Shown here piece by piece: positions 11,701-25,192 of a stretch of 64,000 nucleotides of DNA (position 1 is its first letter; the number at the start of each line of letters is the position of its first letter). A program made the position numbers and the translations under genes. The notes below the pieces were generated by a model. That model did not search any database. It was not told the DNA's origin and was given only the letters and a program-made list of their open reading frames with translations. The stretch lies in NCBI GenBank assembly GCA_964035575.1, contig OZ037837.1, positions 1,674,001 to 1,738,000 of the forward strand, in the 5' to 3' direction. Source of the stretch: Rhynchopus sp. YZ270_cl-10. Lineage: Eukaryota.

Positions 11701-14700
11701 GGTCTTCTCAGCAGTGTCTGCAGTGGACTCTGGGAACGGTGTTCTCGACCTTTCCCTGAAGAGCGCAAGCGAAGGCTGTGTGAATGCGAAGTGGGTGTAC
11801 ACAGTTGTGGTGAACTTCGACGCACTCCAGCTGTCTCCTGTGATGACGAGCAACAGCACGAAGCTTTGCACTGGCAACATGGCCGACAGCTGGAGCAGTT
11901 TCCTGTCCCAGGCTCACAATCGGAATCGCTTCACCCACGAGCACCCCTGTGTGATCTTTGACCAGTCCTCGGAGGAGGGGCGGCAGGTGCTCAACGCAGT
12001 GTCTTTGGTTCTCGGCCTGCGCCACTCGAAAGCGCTCACGTTTGTTGAGGTGACGTGCCACCTGAAGCCCTCGAAGGCGAAGGACGCCCGCAGCCTGCAG
12101 GAAGAGAACGCAAGCTCGGGCTACTACCAGCTGAAGGCGATGAACCCGACGGAGCAGTGGGAGGTGAGCATCGAGATGCGGCGTCAGGACCGGGAGGGGT
12201 ATGCTGTTGGCCCTTCGGGTGCTGTGCTGCTGCACCAGATCATCGCGAAGCAGGTGCACCTGGTGAGGATTGACATCCGCAACAACGGTGTCGGTGTCGA
12301 GGGTGCAGAGCTCCTTCTGCAGGCGCTGCGTGTCAACAGGCATGTTGTGCAGCTCAGCATCTGCGACACTGAGCAGCAGCAGCAAAGGCCTCTGCAGGTG
12401 CGTGACACACACACATGCGACTCCGACTACGGGGACGATCCACACCTGGGGGAGGTTGCGGCACAGCGCATGATGCACATCCAGCAGGTCATCAACATCA
12501 GGTGTGCGCACAACAGAGGCACCATTGTGTCAAGCACGTTCTCCGACCTGGGTGACACCTGGCCGCAGTGCGCCACGGAAGCGCTGTACGACGTGGACGT
12601 GATGGACATGGCCTTCTCGGACCTGTTCGACACCCGCCAGCGTGAGGCTGTTCTCTTCATCCGTCTTCTGCAGAAGGCGGTTGACGCACAGCAGCACGCA
12701 GCACAGCAACCAGAGCTTGCTTCCAACAGGGCGTACCCAAAGCTCCCAGGCGCGCTTGTTGCTGCTGCACACTGCGGAAACCTGTGCGACATTAAGTTGC
12801 TTCTGGACATGCACTGCAACCCCTTCGAGACGGACGCGTTTGGCGAAACACCACAACTGAAGATGTGGCGACGTCTAAACAGAGGCACAGACACTCATCT
12901 TATTCGCAGTCCTGACTTGCGTCTCGTGATGCGTGACCTACACGTGTGCTTGGACAGGCTCCAGCCCACAGTGTTCCGGTACGACGAGCCACTGTGGAAA
13001 GTGAAGAACTTTGCGCTGGAGGTGATGCGGATGGCAGACGACCGTGATCACATCTCTCTCGCAGCTGAGCTGATCCGCAACGTGCGCACCAGCTACGAAT
13101 CCTGGTGTGAGGAATCCTTGCTCGAGAACGAGGCTGCCACGTTGTGCGCCTCTGAGTGCGCCAAGCGCGCTACTGAAATGATGCAGGACACCCTGGACGT
13201 GTGCAAGAAGTGCTCCGTCCTGAATGTACTGGAGTGCCCTCTCCGCCGTCTGGAAGCAAGCCTCTTCTGTATCAAGGTGTTTTGCTCGTATGGGAACGAG
13301 CTCCTTCCCCTTGTCACACCAGTGCAGTGGTGTGACAATAGTAAAGCATGTGCAGCCAAGATCCATACACGCAACACGGGGCGCAGGAGGCGGGAAGAAG
13401 GTTGTTACCAGAGTTACGCAGAATTGTGCAGCAATAAGCACGTACATGAGAATTGGTCTCGTCTTGTCGAGGCGAAGCTTCCACGCAGAATGGACAAGAA
13501 CGGAATCCACTACTTCGAGCATGAAGTTGCTTTGCAGGACACGGAACCATGGTCAGACATGCAAGAGGCAGATGTGTGCAGTACGCATCGCATATACGAA
13601 GACAGCTACGTTACAAAGCAGCAGTATCTGGACACGGTGTGGAGCACAGCCGAGGAGGAGCCGCCGCAGACACGCAGGCAGAACCGTGACGGCTTCTTTG
13701 TCTTCAAACACGGCTGGGATGAAGACATGGAGGGTGGTGCCTGGGAGGACGGCAAGAAGGAGACACTGCCGACGCTTCCGACGCTTGTGGAGCAGTTGCG
13801 GCAGCCCTCTCTCAACCTGTACGACCCAACGGTGTTTGGGAGCCGCATTGAAACGGAGGAGAGCAGGGCCCAGCTGCGCACGTGGTCGAGGCTGTGGGGT
13901 GCTGTGAACGCTGTGCTGGTGACAAACGAGGAGAAGGAGCGGGTGCTCTTCCGCAAGGTGGAGAACGTCACGGACACTGTGCTGCTCCACCACCTCCACC
14001 TGAAGCGTGGTGAGCTGTACTGCCAGCCCGACATCACTCTCTGGGATGTGGAGCGCCGCTACAGAAACTGTGATTTGAGTGACGACAACGACATCGTGGA
14101 CAATACGGCAAGGACGAAGCTGGAATTCGACAACTCAGGAATACTCTGGGAGGCGTCAGAGCGCAGATGGACAGGGAGGGGTGGCGAGGAGGCTGCGTAT
14201 GAAGGCGAGCTTTGCTACGAACATGAGTTCAAAGACAAATGCATGCAGGCACACAAGCAGGCACGCAAGGAAAGAGGGGAGGACGTGGGGTTTGATCTGA
14301 ACACGTTACTCAGATGGGAAGATGCGAAGCCTGAGGACCCTTTCCTGACACACGTCCCTGGCGAGCAAGTTGAGGTGGAGACACGCAAGAACAGCAGCAC
14401 CATGACAACGATTCTCTTCAGCGCGCGTGGGAAGATGCACGGCGAGTGTGTGGGACTGCTGAGCGACGGACACGACTTCCTCCTCCCTGCACTTGAGGTG
14501 TTTGTTGTGGAGGATGTGCAGGCACGTGGCGCGTGCCTCCATGTCAGCCTCGTCTCACGTGGCTCGCTGCTGCGCACGGACAAAGAGCTTCGTGCCTGGT
14601 GCTCCAGCATTCAGAGTACTGGCCTGGATTCTGTTTGGGGCAAGAACGGTGATATGGATGAGTGTTTGCGTCCTGAGAGCAAGACAGCAAAGGACGATAC

Positions 14701-16698
14701 ATTGGACAGGCAGAGCTTCTTGAGCACAGACGAGTGTGACGTCTTCTTCAGCCGCAAGTCTCAGATGTCCCACGGAACGGAACAGCAGGTGTTGGTACAC
14801 GATCTGGAAGACGTCGTCAGACCTGTGAACGCTTTTGCATTCCATAAAATGCAGGGTGCAAACGGACAGATGACGAACCATGTGGGGTGCACGCTGCCGG
14901 AGGCTGTGCCCACTACGTACCGCCCAGGGAAGACGTTTTTGAGTGGGTTGAACCGCAAGAAGCGTCCTGAAGGGGATCACACTGCAGAAGGCATGACAAG
15001 AGCACACGGCAACGAACTCGCACACATCCCTGACGTAGAACTCGCGGAGGATTGGGAGAAGGACATGGATGTGAACGATGTGGTCACTGTTTCGGGGGCA
15101 TCCATCCAGGCCTACCACGACAAGCACACAGACGAAGACGCGTACTTCAAGACGATAGTCAAGGGCAGCGACACGCCTGGGCAGTGCCCCCCGCCTGTGA
15201 GCGATGTGTACGGAGGGAAGGAGTTCCGCATCACTGTCGGGGAGGTGCAGCAGCTGCTGAAGACAACCACGATAGTCACGTCGCCGTCCCTCCCACTGCG
15301 TTTTGTGCAGTGTCTGATCGGCTCGTTCACGTCTGCGAAACGGCGTCTGCTGTTCTTCAACGTTTTCCGTGCAACGTCGCTGCTTAGCATCGACGAAGAT
15401 TGGGAGCGTGAGAAGAGAGTAGTAAGAGATAATGCGCAGATGATGCTTGACCTGAGCTACACGCGACAGTGCGAAGCACGTGATGCCCTAACTATGCCGG
15501 ACGTTGGCCATAAGCAGAATGAAGTTAACAGCGGAAAGCTGTACCGCAACCTGGTGTTGATCGAGATCAACAAACAAATACTTGCGTATCTGGACGGCAA
15601 ACTTGATGACGACGGTGCAGAGCCTATTGAAGTCACCCGTGACAAGTTCACATTGTGGATGTCCACCGTACAGGCGGAACCTGCACAGTACGGCTTCACC
15701 TCAAAGGAACATGCGAGACTGACGTTGGCGAAGTCGATGGTCGAACTGGGCACAGAAATGTGTGTCTCGCAGCAGGGCTTCTCCTTCACTTCTGGCACGG
15801 AAGGTGAGCACAGCCAGCTCTGTGAGAAGACGCACCACAGCATCGCCATCCTTGCAGCCACTGGGATGGGCTTCTGTTACCCAGGACCCACCCTGCGTGA
15901 GGCACCAAAGTACTTCGTGAGAACACCACGTAAAGGACAACAGTCACACGAGGGTTGGGCCTACTTCCAAGAAGGCAAGCAACGTGAATTTGTGGACCGT
16001 CTGAAGGTGCTGTACACATGCATCTTCGAATCTGCAAGGAAACAGCGTGTGCGGAACATGTGTGCTGGCGGGATGGGTCTCGGTATTTCCACACAGAACC
16101 TGGGGGATGACCTGAGACTTCAAGTTGCAGAAATGTACTTCCGTGCGCAGTTCGAACTCCTTGCAGAACAGGATTGGGGTTTTGAAAACGTATGCATATC
16201 TTCTGCGTTGTCCTAAATAATGAATTTTTCAAACATCTAAATAATGTAGCACAACTTTTGGTTCAAAGACTTCCCCATCATCTTTTCGCTTCACCTTTAA
16301 AACCACTCTTATAACAGTACTGGCTGAGCACAAATGATTCCACCGACTTGTTGGCATGCCGCGTCTTGAAGAAAGGACTGCACGAGTGTGGCGACTACAA
16401 CAACGAGGCACAGGGGTTGTATTTGAGGTGCAACATCGTTCTGCACAAGAAGGAGGCGAGGTTTCTTGCGGTGCGCCTCGCCCAGCTGAAGAAATCACCT
16501 TCGCTTTTGTCCGCATCTGAATCGGAGGCACTGCTGCAGGGACAGCACGGCATGTACTGGGAGGAAGGCAGGTCTTGGAACTATCTTGGCGAAGGAGACT
16601 TGTCAGCCACCTCGACAGCTGTGTTGATGAACTACAACATTGCGAAGAACGCACTTAACCTCGACTCTTCTGCATTGACACCGAAAGATACAGTGTGA
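8741..16698 (+). CDS. Giant multidomain protein (~2600 aa), tandem copy 2: Dpy-30/RIIa-like motif, WWE-like motif, ART, LRR, ankyrin-like motif, degenerate ART, macrodomain-like C-terminus. Exons 8741-16189 and 16318-16698
   Basis: 2523-aa ORF. Motifs: KEYEKEHNIQKLVDELVNELLRFRPCDPLAHLACYI (D/D); YTWVSSDGHGRWTPFSSAQAVVLEKHF (WWE-like); CYRG...WSAFSSTS...RFGRGEEWLFP (ART); IDIRNNGVGVEGAELLLQAL (RI-like LRR); AAAHCGNLCDIKLLLDMHCNP..DAFGETP (Ank). The intron 16190-16317 (GTATGC...ATAACAG) keeps frame. Start codon uncertain (8741 or 8759). Confidence 0.85.
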
Positions 16699-18183
16699 TG
16701 TGCAACGAAGACACGAGAGATGATCTGTCGCGATGAAGATAATGAAAACTTCGAAACTCTATGGGACAGATGAGTCGGCTGTTGCGGGTTCCACATTGCA
16801 GTGTAAGAGGCCGTAGCCCAACTGCGTACTGCACTGGCGTGGGCTAGCGTATTAACAAAGGCAAAGGATGTTGTTTGCAGTTTCCTAAATAATAAAAACC
16901 CCGTCTTTGGTTTGGTTGGTACGCAACCCACGTCATACGCTTTTTTGGAAACTTGGTTGTATTAGTGCTCCACTATAGCTTTTCAACTTACCTTCCTTCA
17001 CCCCCCTGTAAGGGTAACCGTAGGTGAAGTAAGGTATAGTATTGAAATCGATGTGGGGGGGGGAAAGGGTCAATTTTACAAAACCAGATTTTGAGGAAAA
17101 TTTTAGCTGAAAATGGGCCCCACGTATAAGCAACCGGGCTCATATTTCTCAAAATTTAAGTAGTCAAAAAATTGTCCAATTTTCGAGATTGACCCCACCA
17201 CTGCACGGGCGGAGCCCAAAAATGCAATTAAGGACCCTTTTTAATTTGTTCTCTTGAAATGTATAATTTCATGTTTTCGCGAAAAAAAATTACAACTGAT
17301 CCCTGCAAGGGTTGAAGGAAGGTGGTTGAAAACAACAGTAACAACAAGGACGAGTAATTGCTAAGGAAAAACGGGTGTGCTGTGGAAAACTCCGCGCGAT
17401 TTTCGAAACCACCGTAGCATCCTGGCGATTTGCTGGAGGTGCTGATGCGCCTGGTGTGATCGATGTGTTGTAGTCTGTGCATTCTGTGTTCCTTCCGCAC
17501 TGCTCCAACGACGACGACAATGTGGGGACCCTGTGGACAAAAACGAGCTGGAACACGCCGAGCCTGCCGAGCCGACGTCCAACAACGCTGTCGAGCAGAT
17601 GGTGCTGGACGAAGAGGACAGCCCCCCTTCTTGAACGTTTCAGATGCTGGCGTCAGTGGGTCTGGCAGCTTACGAAGAGCGTTAGCATACCTGCAGAAGA
17701 GCAGAATGCTGGGCGTGTTGTAGATTATTTCTACAGGATGGAGTTCCACACCACACCCCGTTTTTTTTCCGATAGCAATTACTTGTTTTTTTCTTCGTGT
17801 GACTGAGTGTGGGGATGCGTTCAAGAATTAAGCTCTTCCCCCCAAACCCCCTTTGTCTCTAGTTTTCTTTATCCAAACGTCGAGTGGATGCGTAATAATA
17901 TTTCTTCAAAACGTCCAGAAATGGATGTCAAAAAGGAAAAAACCCTTAGCCTGAAGTACAGAAATGAGATGAGTGCACAATAGAAGGGAATAAACAAAAA
18001 CTCTCAGACATTTGAATCATTTCCCAGGACAAAGTATTTGTAATAAGGTTTGCGGGTTTTTTTCTTTTAGACATATTCTTATCATGTTTTTTGATATATC
18101 TCTCCCGCAATCATGATTTTGTTTTTTCGTTTTCCAACTATGAAAGCAAAGTCTTCACTGCAATGCACATTCCACCCTTTTTT

Positions 18184-18808
18184 ACACCTCGTCCCGAATT
18201 TTTGTCCGAGAATACGATTACTAATTAGTTACTCCACTAAATAAATCGAGCAAAAATATGGTGAACTCAGCGGAGCCCGGTTTTAAAAGTGCCAAAAACG
18301 ACCTTTTCGTTTTGACGCGTTGTGAGTTCCTCAAATGCAATTTTGAAGGGTAAAAAATTCGGGTTTTCTAAGCACAAGCAGTGTTAAGTCAAAAAATTTC
18401 GCGAAAAAAAAATAGGTTTTTTTTGCGTTAAAAGCTCGGAACCCAGAAACGTCCAATGGCGAAGTTTTTTTCTGGTTTCGTTGCACCCTGTATTTTTACT
18501 AAAAAATCGAGACAAAGTGATTTTTACCTGGATTTTTGCCTGTATTTTACTAGGGATTTTCCCTTAGTAAAATACAGGGGAATTATCTAACACCTCGTCC
18601 CGAATTTTTGTCCGAGAATACGATTACTAATTAGTTACTCCACTAAATAAATCGAGCAAAAATATGGTGAACTCAGCGGAGCCCGGTTTTAAAAGTGCCA
18701 AAAACGACCTTTTCGTTTTGACGCGTTGTGAGTTCCTCAAATGCAATTTTGAAGGGTAAAAAATTCGGGTTTTCTAAGCACAAGCAGTGTTAAGTCAAAA
18801 AATTTCGC
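18184..18808 (+). repeat. 219-bp direct repeat pair (18184-18402, 18590-18808) with a palindromic spacer, followed by GC-rich stem-loops
   Basis: Two apparently identical copies beginning ACACCTCGTCCCGAATT. Spacer hairpin CCTGTATTTTACTA..TAGTAAAATACAGG. A ~40-bp piece also occurs at 8336-8376. Confidence 0.85.
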
Positions 18809-19610
18809 TGGGGGGCTCCGCCCCCCAGACCCCCAGTCGCTTCGCGGCTCAGGGCTGGGCTAAGCCTGCCCTTCGCCGCGAAGCGCCTGGGGTGGTGCTT
18901 GGTGCACAGGATTAGGACATTAAAGACATGTCCTGCATTTGAGTGGATGTCCAGCCCCGAACTCGTCTGCTGTCAGACGTATTTCTCTTGAGACTGCAAT
19001 GGAGAAGACGCTTGCAACAGCTTCATCAACCGCACACGCGAGGAGGAGTGCATGTGTTGCACATATGTCCGGTCAAAGAGATCAGAGAGAGTGCACCAAT
19101 ATATGAGATGTTCACACCGTACTTTATACTCGTGAAAAACTATCCCACGCGTGAACATCGAGCATTCTGATTTTCTTTAACGCCGATTCTTTTGAAAATG
19201 TGTCAGTAGGGTAACCAAGGGGTGATAACAAATATGTACTCCACCAATCGGGTCGAGAAAAAATGTCGTGAATTCTGAGAAGTGGGCCTTCCACATGCGG
19301 GTAGCTCACAAACAACAAATTCAAAACGCTGTTTGGCCTGCCTGCGACGTTGTACCGAAGGTGCATATGAAGGCCTGTTTTCCAACATCCATACCCCCCC
19401 TTTACGGAGGGACAACGGGTAGAACCACGGAGAATCGGTTAAGGTGCCACACCAGAAATATTTTTTTGAAATATTTTTTGGGATTGAAATCAGCGGAGCG
19501 AAATGAGTTAAATGTGGGGTCGTAGGCTCAAAAAATTGCATCTGTGGTTTATGAAGTGAACGAGGCCCAGAAGTATACGCCTAACGAGATCTTGTCTGAT
19601 ATGTGAATCG

Positions 19611-21527
19611 CACTGTACTGTACTGTACTGTACTGTACTGTACTGTACTGTACTGTACTGTACTGTACTGTACTGTACTGTACTGTACTGTACTGTACTG
19701 TACTGTACTGTACTGTACTGTACTGTACTGTACTGTACTGTACTGTACTGTACTGTACTGTACTGTACTGTACTGTACTGTACTGTACTGTACTGTACTG
19801 TACTGTACTGTACTGTACTGTACTGTACTGTACTGTACTGTACTGTACTGTACTGTACTGTACTGTACTGTACTGTACTGTACTGTACTGTACTGTACTG
19901 TACTGTACTGTACTGTACTGTACTGCACTGCACTGTACTGTACTGTACTGTACTGTACTGTACTGTACTGTACTGTACTGTACTGTACTGTACTGTACTG
20001 TACTGTACTGTACTGTACTGTACTGTACTGTACTGTACTGTACTGTACTGTACTGTACTGTACTGTACTGTACTGTACTGTACTGTACTGTACTGTACTG
20101 TACTGTACTGTACTGTACTGTACTGTACTGTACTGTACTGTACTGTACTGTACTGTACTGTACTGTACTGTACTGTACTGTACTGTACTGTACTGTACTG
20201 TACTGTACTGTACTGTACTGTACTGTACTGTACTGTACTGTACTGTACTGTACTGTACTGTACTGTACTGTACTGTACTGTACTGTACTGTACTGTACTG
20301 TACTGTACTGTACTGTACTGTACTGTACTGTACTGTACTGTACTGTACTGTACTGTACTGTACTGTACTGTACTGTACTGTACTGTACTGTACTGTACTG
20401 TACTGTACTGTACTGTACTGTACTGTACTGTACTGTACTGTACTGTACTGTACTGTACTGTACTGTACTGTACTGTACTGTACTGTACTGTACTGTACTG
20501 TACTGTACTGTACTGTACTGTACTGTACTGTACTGTACTGTACTGTACTGTACTGTACTGTACTGTACTGTACTGTACTGTACTGTACTGTACTGTACTG
20601 TACTGTACTGTACTGTACTGTACTGTACTGTACTGTACTGTACTGTACTGTACTGTACTGTACTGTACTGTACTGTACTGTACTGTACTGTACTGTACTG
20701 TACTGTACTGTACTGTACTGTACTGTACTGTACTGTACTGTACTGTACTGTACTGTACTGTACTGTAGTACTGTACTGTACTGTACTGTACTGTACTGTA
20801 CTGTACTGTACTGTACTGTACTGTACTGTACTGTACTGTACTGTACTGTACTGTACTGTACTGTACTGTACTGTACTGTACTGTACTGTACTGTACTGTA
20901 CTGTACTGTACTGTACTGTACTGTACTGTACTGTACTGTACTGTACTGTACTGTACTGTACTGCACTGCACTGTACTGTACTGTACTGTACTGTACTGTA
21001 CTGTACTGTACTGTACTGTACTGTACTGTACTGTACTGTACTGTACTGTACTGTACTGTACTGTACTGTACTGTACTGTACTGTACTGTACTGTACTGTA
21101 CTGTACTGTACTGTACTGTACTGTACTGTACTGTACTGTACTGTACTGTACTGTACTGTACTGTACTGTACTGTACTGTACTGTACTGTACTGTACTGTA
21201 CTGTACTGTACTGTACTGTACTGTACTGTACTGTACTGTACTGTACTGTACTGTACTGTACTGTACTGTACTGTACTGTACTGTACTGTACTGTACTGTA
21301 CTGTACTGTACTGTACTGTACTGTACTGTACTGTACTGTACTGTACTGTACTGTACTGTACTGTACTGTACTGTACTGTACTGTACTGTACTGTACTGTA
21401 CTGTACTGTACTGTACTGTACTGTACTGTACTGTACTGTACTGTACTGTACTGTACTGTACTGTACTGTACTGTACTGTACTGTACTGTACTGTACTGTA
21501 CTGTACTGTACTGTACTGTACTGTACT
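19611..21527. repeat. (TACTG)n pentanucleotide satellite, ~1.9 kb
   Basis: Directly visible; rare CACTG and TAG variants. Confidence 0.99.
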
Positions 21528-21536
21528 CCCAATCCC

Positions 21537-21778
21537 CTGTGTATACTGTGTATGTGTATACTGTGTATACTGTGTATACTGTGTATACTGTGTATACTGT
21601 GTATACTGTGTATACTGTGTATACTGTGTATACTGTGTATACTGTGTATACTGTGTATACTGTGTATACTGTGTATACTGTGTATACTGTGTATACTGTG
21701 TATACTGTGTATACTGTGTATACTGTGTATACTGTGTATACTGTGTATACTGTGTATACTGTGTATACTGTGTATACT
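21537..21778. repeat. (TGTGTATAC)n 9-mer tandem repeat
   Basis: Directly visible, adjacent to the pentamer array. Confidence 0.98.
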
Positions 21779-22711
21779 ACCTGTGTGTGACCATACCCCA
21801 GATGGTCTAACGAGTGATATGAGCATATTCTCCAGGTACAATATATACCCGGAGAATCCATTGGAGCAAGAATTTTGCACTTTTGAGCATCACAGATTAC
21901 ATGTTGCCATTTTTGCGGTCATAATATTTTTTCAAATGGCAAAGGCAATTCCTTAAGGAATTACAGGGAAAATCACCGTTTTGGGTCTCTCTCTCTATGG
22001 GTGATTGGGTTTTAGTCACTCAACGAATCTGGTCGATTTTTTTTGCGTGTTCATAGGTTTTACCAGAAAAATCAATTAGAGCAAGAATTTTACGGTTTTG
22101 AATAGTTGTTCTTTATTTAAAAAAATACCCAGTTTGGACAAAAATTTGGGATTGAGTGTTAAAATGTTTGATGCACATTCCTTTTTTACCTTTGACACAA
22201 ACAACAAACGAACGACTAAATAAAAAGGGGTATTTCACTTTCCCCCCTTTTTGCAAATTAACCAATCTAGATAAGACGCAATACATCTGCATGGTGGCTA
22301 TGTCATTTACTACACTTGCAAGGGAAGGCAGACATCGGAGGTACCGCGTCAGTTTCACCGCAGATGTCCTCTGATATTGTGACATGCTGAATACGCAGCA
22401 GATCTGTTGAACAACCGAAGCAGTAGTAAAACCAAACTTAACCGTAAAAACCCCCTGACTGATGGTGCGTATGACGTGAGTAGCGTACCAACTAAACAAA
22501 AGACGAACGGGGTTTTTATTATTTTCATGCAAAAGTACGCAGCAATGATTATTCGTTTGAACGTGCCTTTCCTCTCCTCCCCACCCCTTCCTCACATCCA
22601 GACAAATACACACTACACGAAACCCTGTGGGGAGCAACACCACATTCCCCCTCTCCCTCCTCTTGGTCTTCTCCCACCCAAGTTCCCTTTATCTGTTTTT
22701 TTCCGGATTCT

Positions 22712-25192
22712 ATGAAACGCCCGCCGGCTGTTGCAGTTGACCCGTTGGGGGAATCGAGAGATAGAGTTTACTTGCCGAGTAGTGAGGACAGCGACAACGC
22801 GACGGAGGGAGGAGGTGGCGGACGGATGGAGGGTGGAGGACGGATGGACGGTGGTGTGCGCACGGCACGCTTCCGCAACGTCTGCTCGCTGCTGTCGCAG
22901 GCGCTTGAGGAGCTCGAGCACTGCGAGAAAGACGAGATCGAGCGCACCGTGCTCGCACTCCACTTCACGCCCCTCGAGCGCCTGGTGCAGGACCGACTCT
23001 ACCTCGGGTTCTCGGAGATGCGTCCCAGCGGGCTTCTTGCACGCAGTCCTTCAGAAGTCTCGACGCAGTCTCTCCCACCCACCCTCTCAGTATGTTCGAT
23101 GTGGAATTTGTAGAAAAATTATAGGGGGAAAAAAGATCGGGTTTTTTGTTTGTGCTCAAATCCGGAAAACAAAAAGGTGAAAAAAATTGTATTGTGTTAA
23201 ACTGAAGTACGATTGTTGTTAATTGAGAACTCAAAGGAATACAGTGGACATGAAAATTGGCGACCAAAATATTGGCGGATTTTGGGGGTTTTCTTGTAAT
23301 TGGCGACTTTTTTGTAAGTAAGAGAAAACCGAATGGAGTGGGAACGCTAGTGAGAGCGCAGCGGAAACGATAGTGGGAACGCAACGAGCTTTTTTCATAA
23401 TGTTTTATTCTTCCCCACAAAATATCACGCGCAGAGAAACACTCGTTTTTCACACAGCGCGTCCGTTTGTTTGTTTTTCTCAAACGACACCTTTTTTCAA
23501 AAATTTCCTCCCCCCGGTATCACATATGATACTGATTTCCATGGATACACATGAAAAGGAGTTCCGTGCTATTCACAGAACTCGATAGGCGATTGAGCTT
23601 ATCTAACAACAACCAAAACAAAAGAAAGTACAAAGAAGAGAATAAAAAATGCAGGAAAAATAGACAAAGAGAAAAATAAAGAGATTTTGACAAAGTGAAC
23701 AATAAAAGTCGCCAATATTACTTGTCCTACTCTTGTCTTTTTCAATCTGTTTTGTTTTGCCTGCAGCGCTGCCTCCAATCTTTTTAGAACTTGACAACAA
23801 CTGGTTTTTATCAAAAAAAAGGGTCGGTTGGATTCCTTCAATACTACAATTTATTAATCCCATCATCTCCCATCACCCACAGGCCTCCTTCTTCCAGCAC
23901 ACCGGTACCTCTGTTGGTGCACGACGCCCCTCACAGTGCATATGCGGCAAGGTATGTGAATAGAAGATGCGATGGCCGATTTCATCGCCCGCTATGAAAA
24001 TTTTAGGTTTTACAACCCCTCACTCCCCCTCCCTAGTTAACTTGTTAAAGCAGCTATGCTGCGACATGGGGAGGTCTGGTGTTACTGTAGATGATAGTAT
24101 AAGATGCTTTGGTCCATTATTACCTTTATTACCTTACACCGCAAATGTTGGAATGGGAAAGACAAAACACACCACCTTCATCAGGAATTTTTTCCACAGA
24201 TTTGTTTCCCCCCCCGGTGTTTTTCCTTCCCTCTGCATGTCACAAACGAAACCCCTCACTCACATTGTTTTTTTTTTTGTTGCGCTTTCAGGACCTCATC
24301 GATGGATCAGTATCTGTACACCAGATCTCCCTCCCCCTCACTCCCCCTCACTCCCCCTCACTCCCTCTCACTCCTCACAATCAAACTTGTTTGAGCAGCT
24401 TTGCTGCGGATTGGGGGGTTCGGATAAAAAGACATACAAATAATAGCGACAATTCCTCTCACTTTTTGATTTTTTTCTACCACTTACTTACGGTAAGGTT
24501 GGAAGGCCTCCCACTCCCCACCACCACCACTCACCACCACCACCACTCACCACCTTCAGCTCCTCGCCGACGACTTCATCTCCTACTACAACGAAGGCCT
24601 CCTCGGAGAGCTCTCCCTCGACCGCCTGCAGGGATACTTCAAGGTCCACGGCCTTCCTTTGCCTCATGACCACTACGACGCACAGAGACGCCTTCTCGAC
24701 CACATGCGCCTCGAACGCGAAGAGGAGGAACGGCAGCAGGCCGCCAAGACGCCCCAAATTTCCGAGGATTCGGGGAGCGTGCGGAGCTATTCGAGCCTGC
24801 CGCTGGAGACAGGGGTGGAGGTGGGGGTGAAGAAGGAGACGAGGGTTAACAGGAACATCGCGGCAGCCTCTGTGGCGACGAGAAGAACACCTCCAAGCCA
24901 GACACTGATGCAGCGGCGAGGGTCGCTCAAGAAGGAGAAGGACGTTGCAAGCAACAAGCCACCTACAACAGTTACGACGCCACCTTCACAGCCGCGTCTC
25001 AGCAGGCATGGCTCGGCAGGGTCCCGAGGGAGTGGCGGAGGTGGTCGGGTGGCAGTAAGCGGTGTGGTAGTGTCCTCAGCGCTCCGCAAGGCCAGCAACG
25101 TTGCGCTGCATTCACCCAAATCTAAAGACGCAACCGGCAGTGTCAGAGCGAAAACTGCAGTGTGTCGGTTGAATCCTACCGTTAAAAAATGA
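22712..25192 (+). CDS. Hypothetical protein (~359 aa), 3 exons: 22712-23089, 23883-23951, 24560-25192
   Basis: GC-rich coding-like blocks. Donors GTATGT at 23090 and 23952; acceptors CACAG (23882) and TTCAG (24559). All joins are in frame. C-terminus is S/R/T-rich and low-complexity. Confidence 0.7.

Noticed and set aside
17435..17720. GC-rich coding-like fragment (VDKNELEHAEPAEPTSNNAVEQMVLDEED)
   Set aside because: Frameshifted, with no recognisable domain and no supportable gene model.
19611..21778. CRISPR-like or telomeric array
   Set aside because: No spacers, and the unit is not a G-rich telomere repeat; it is a simple tandem satellite in an internal location.
19508..21956. Long ORFs (735-790 aa, YSTVQ/VLYCT repeats) on both strands
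   Set aside because: Artefacts of a stop-free pentamer satellite.
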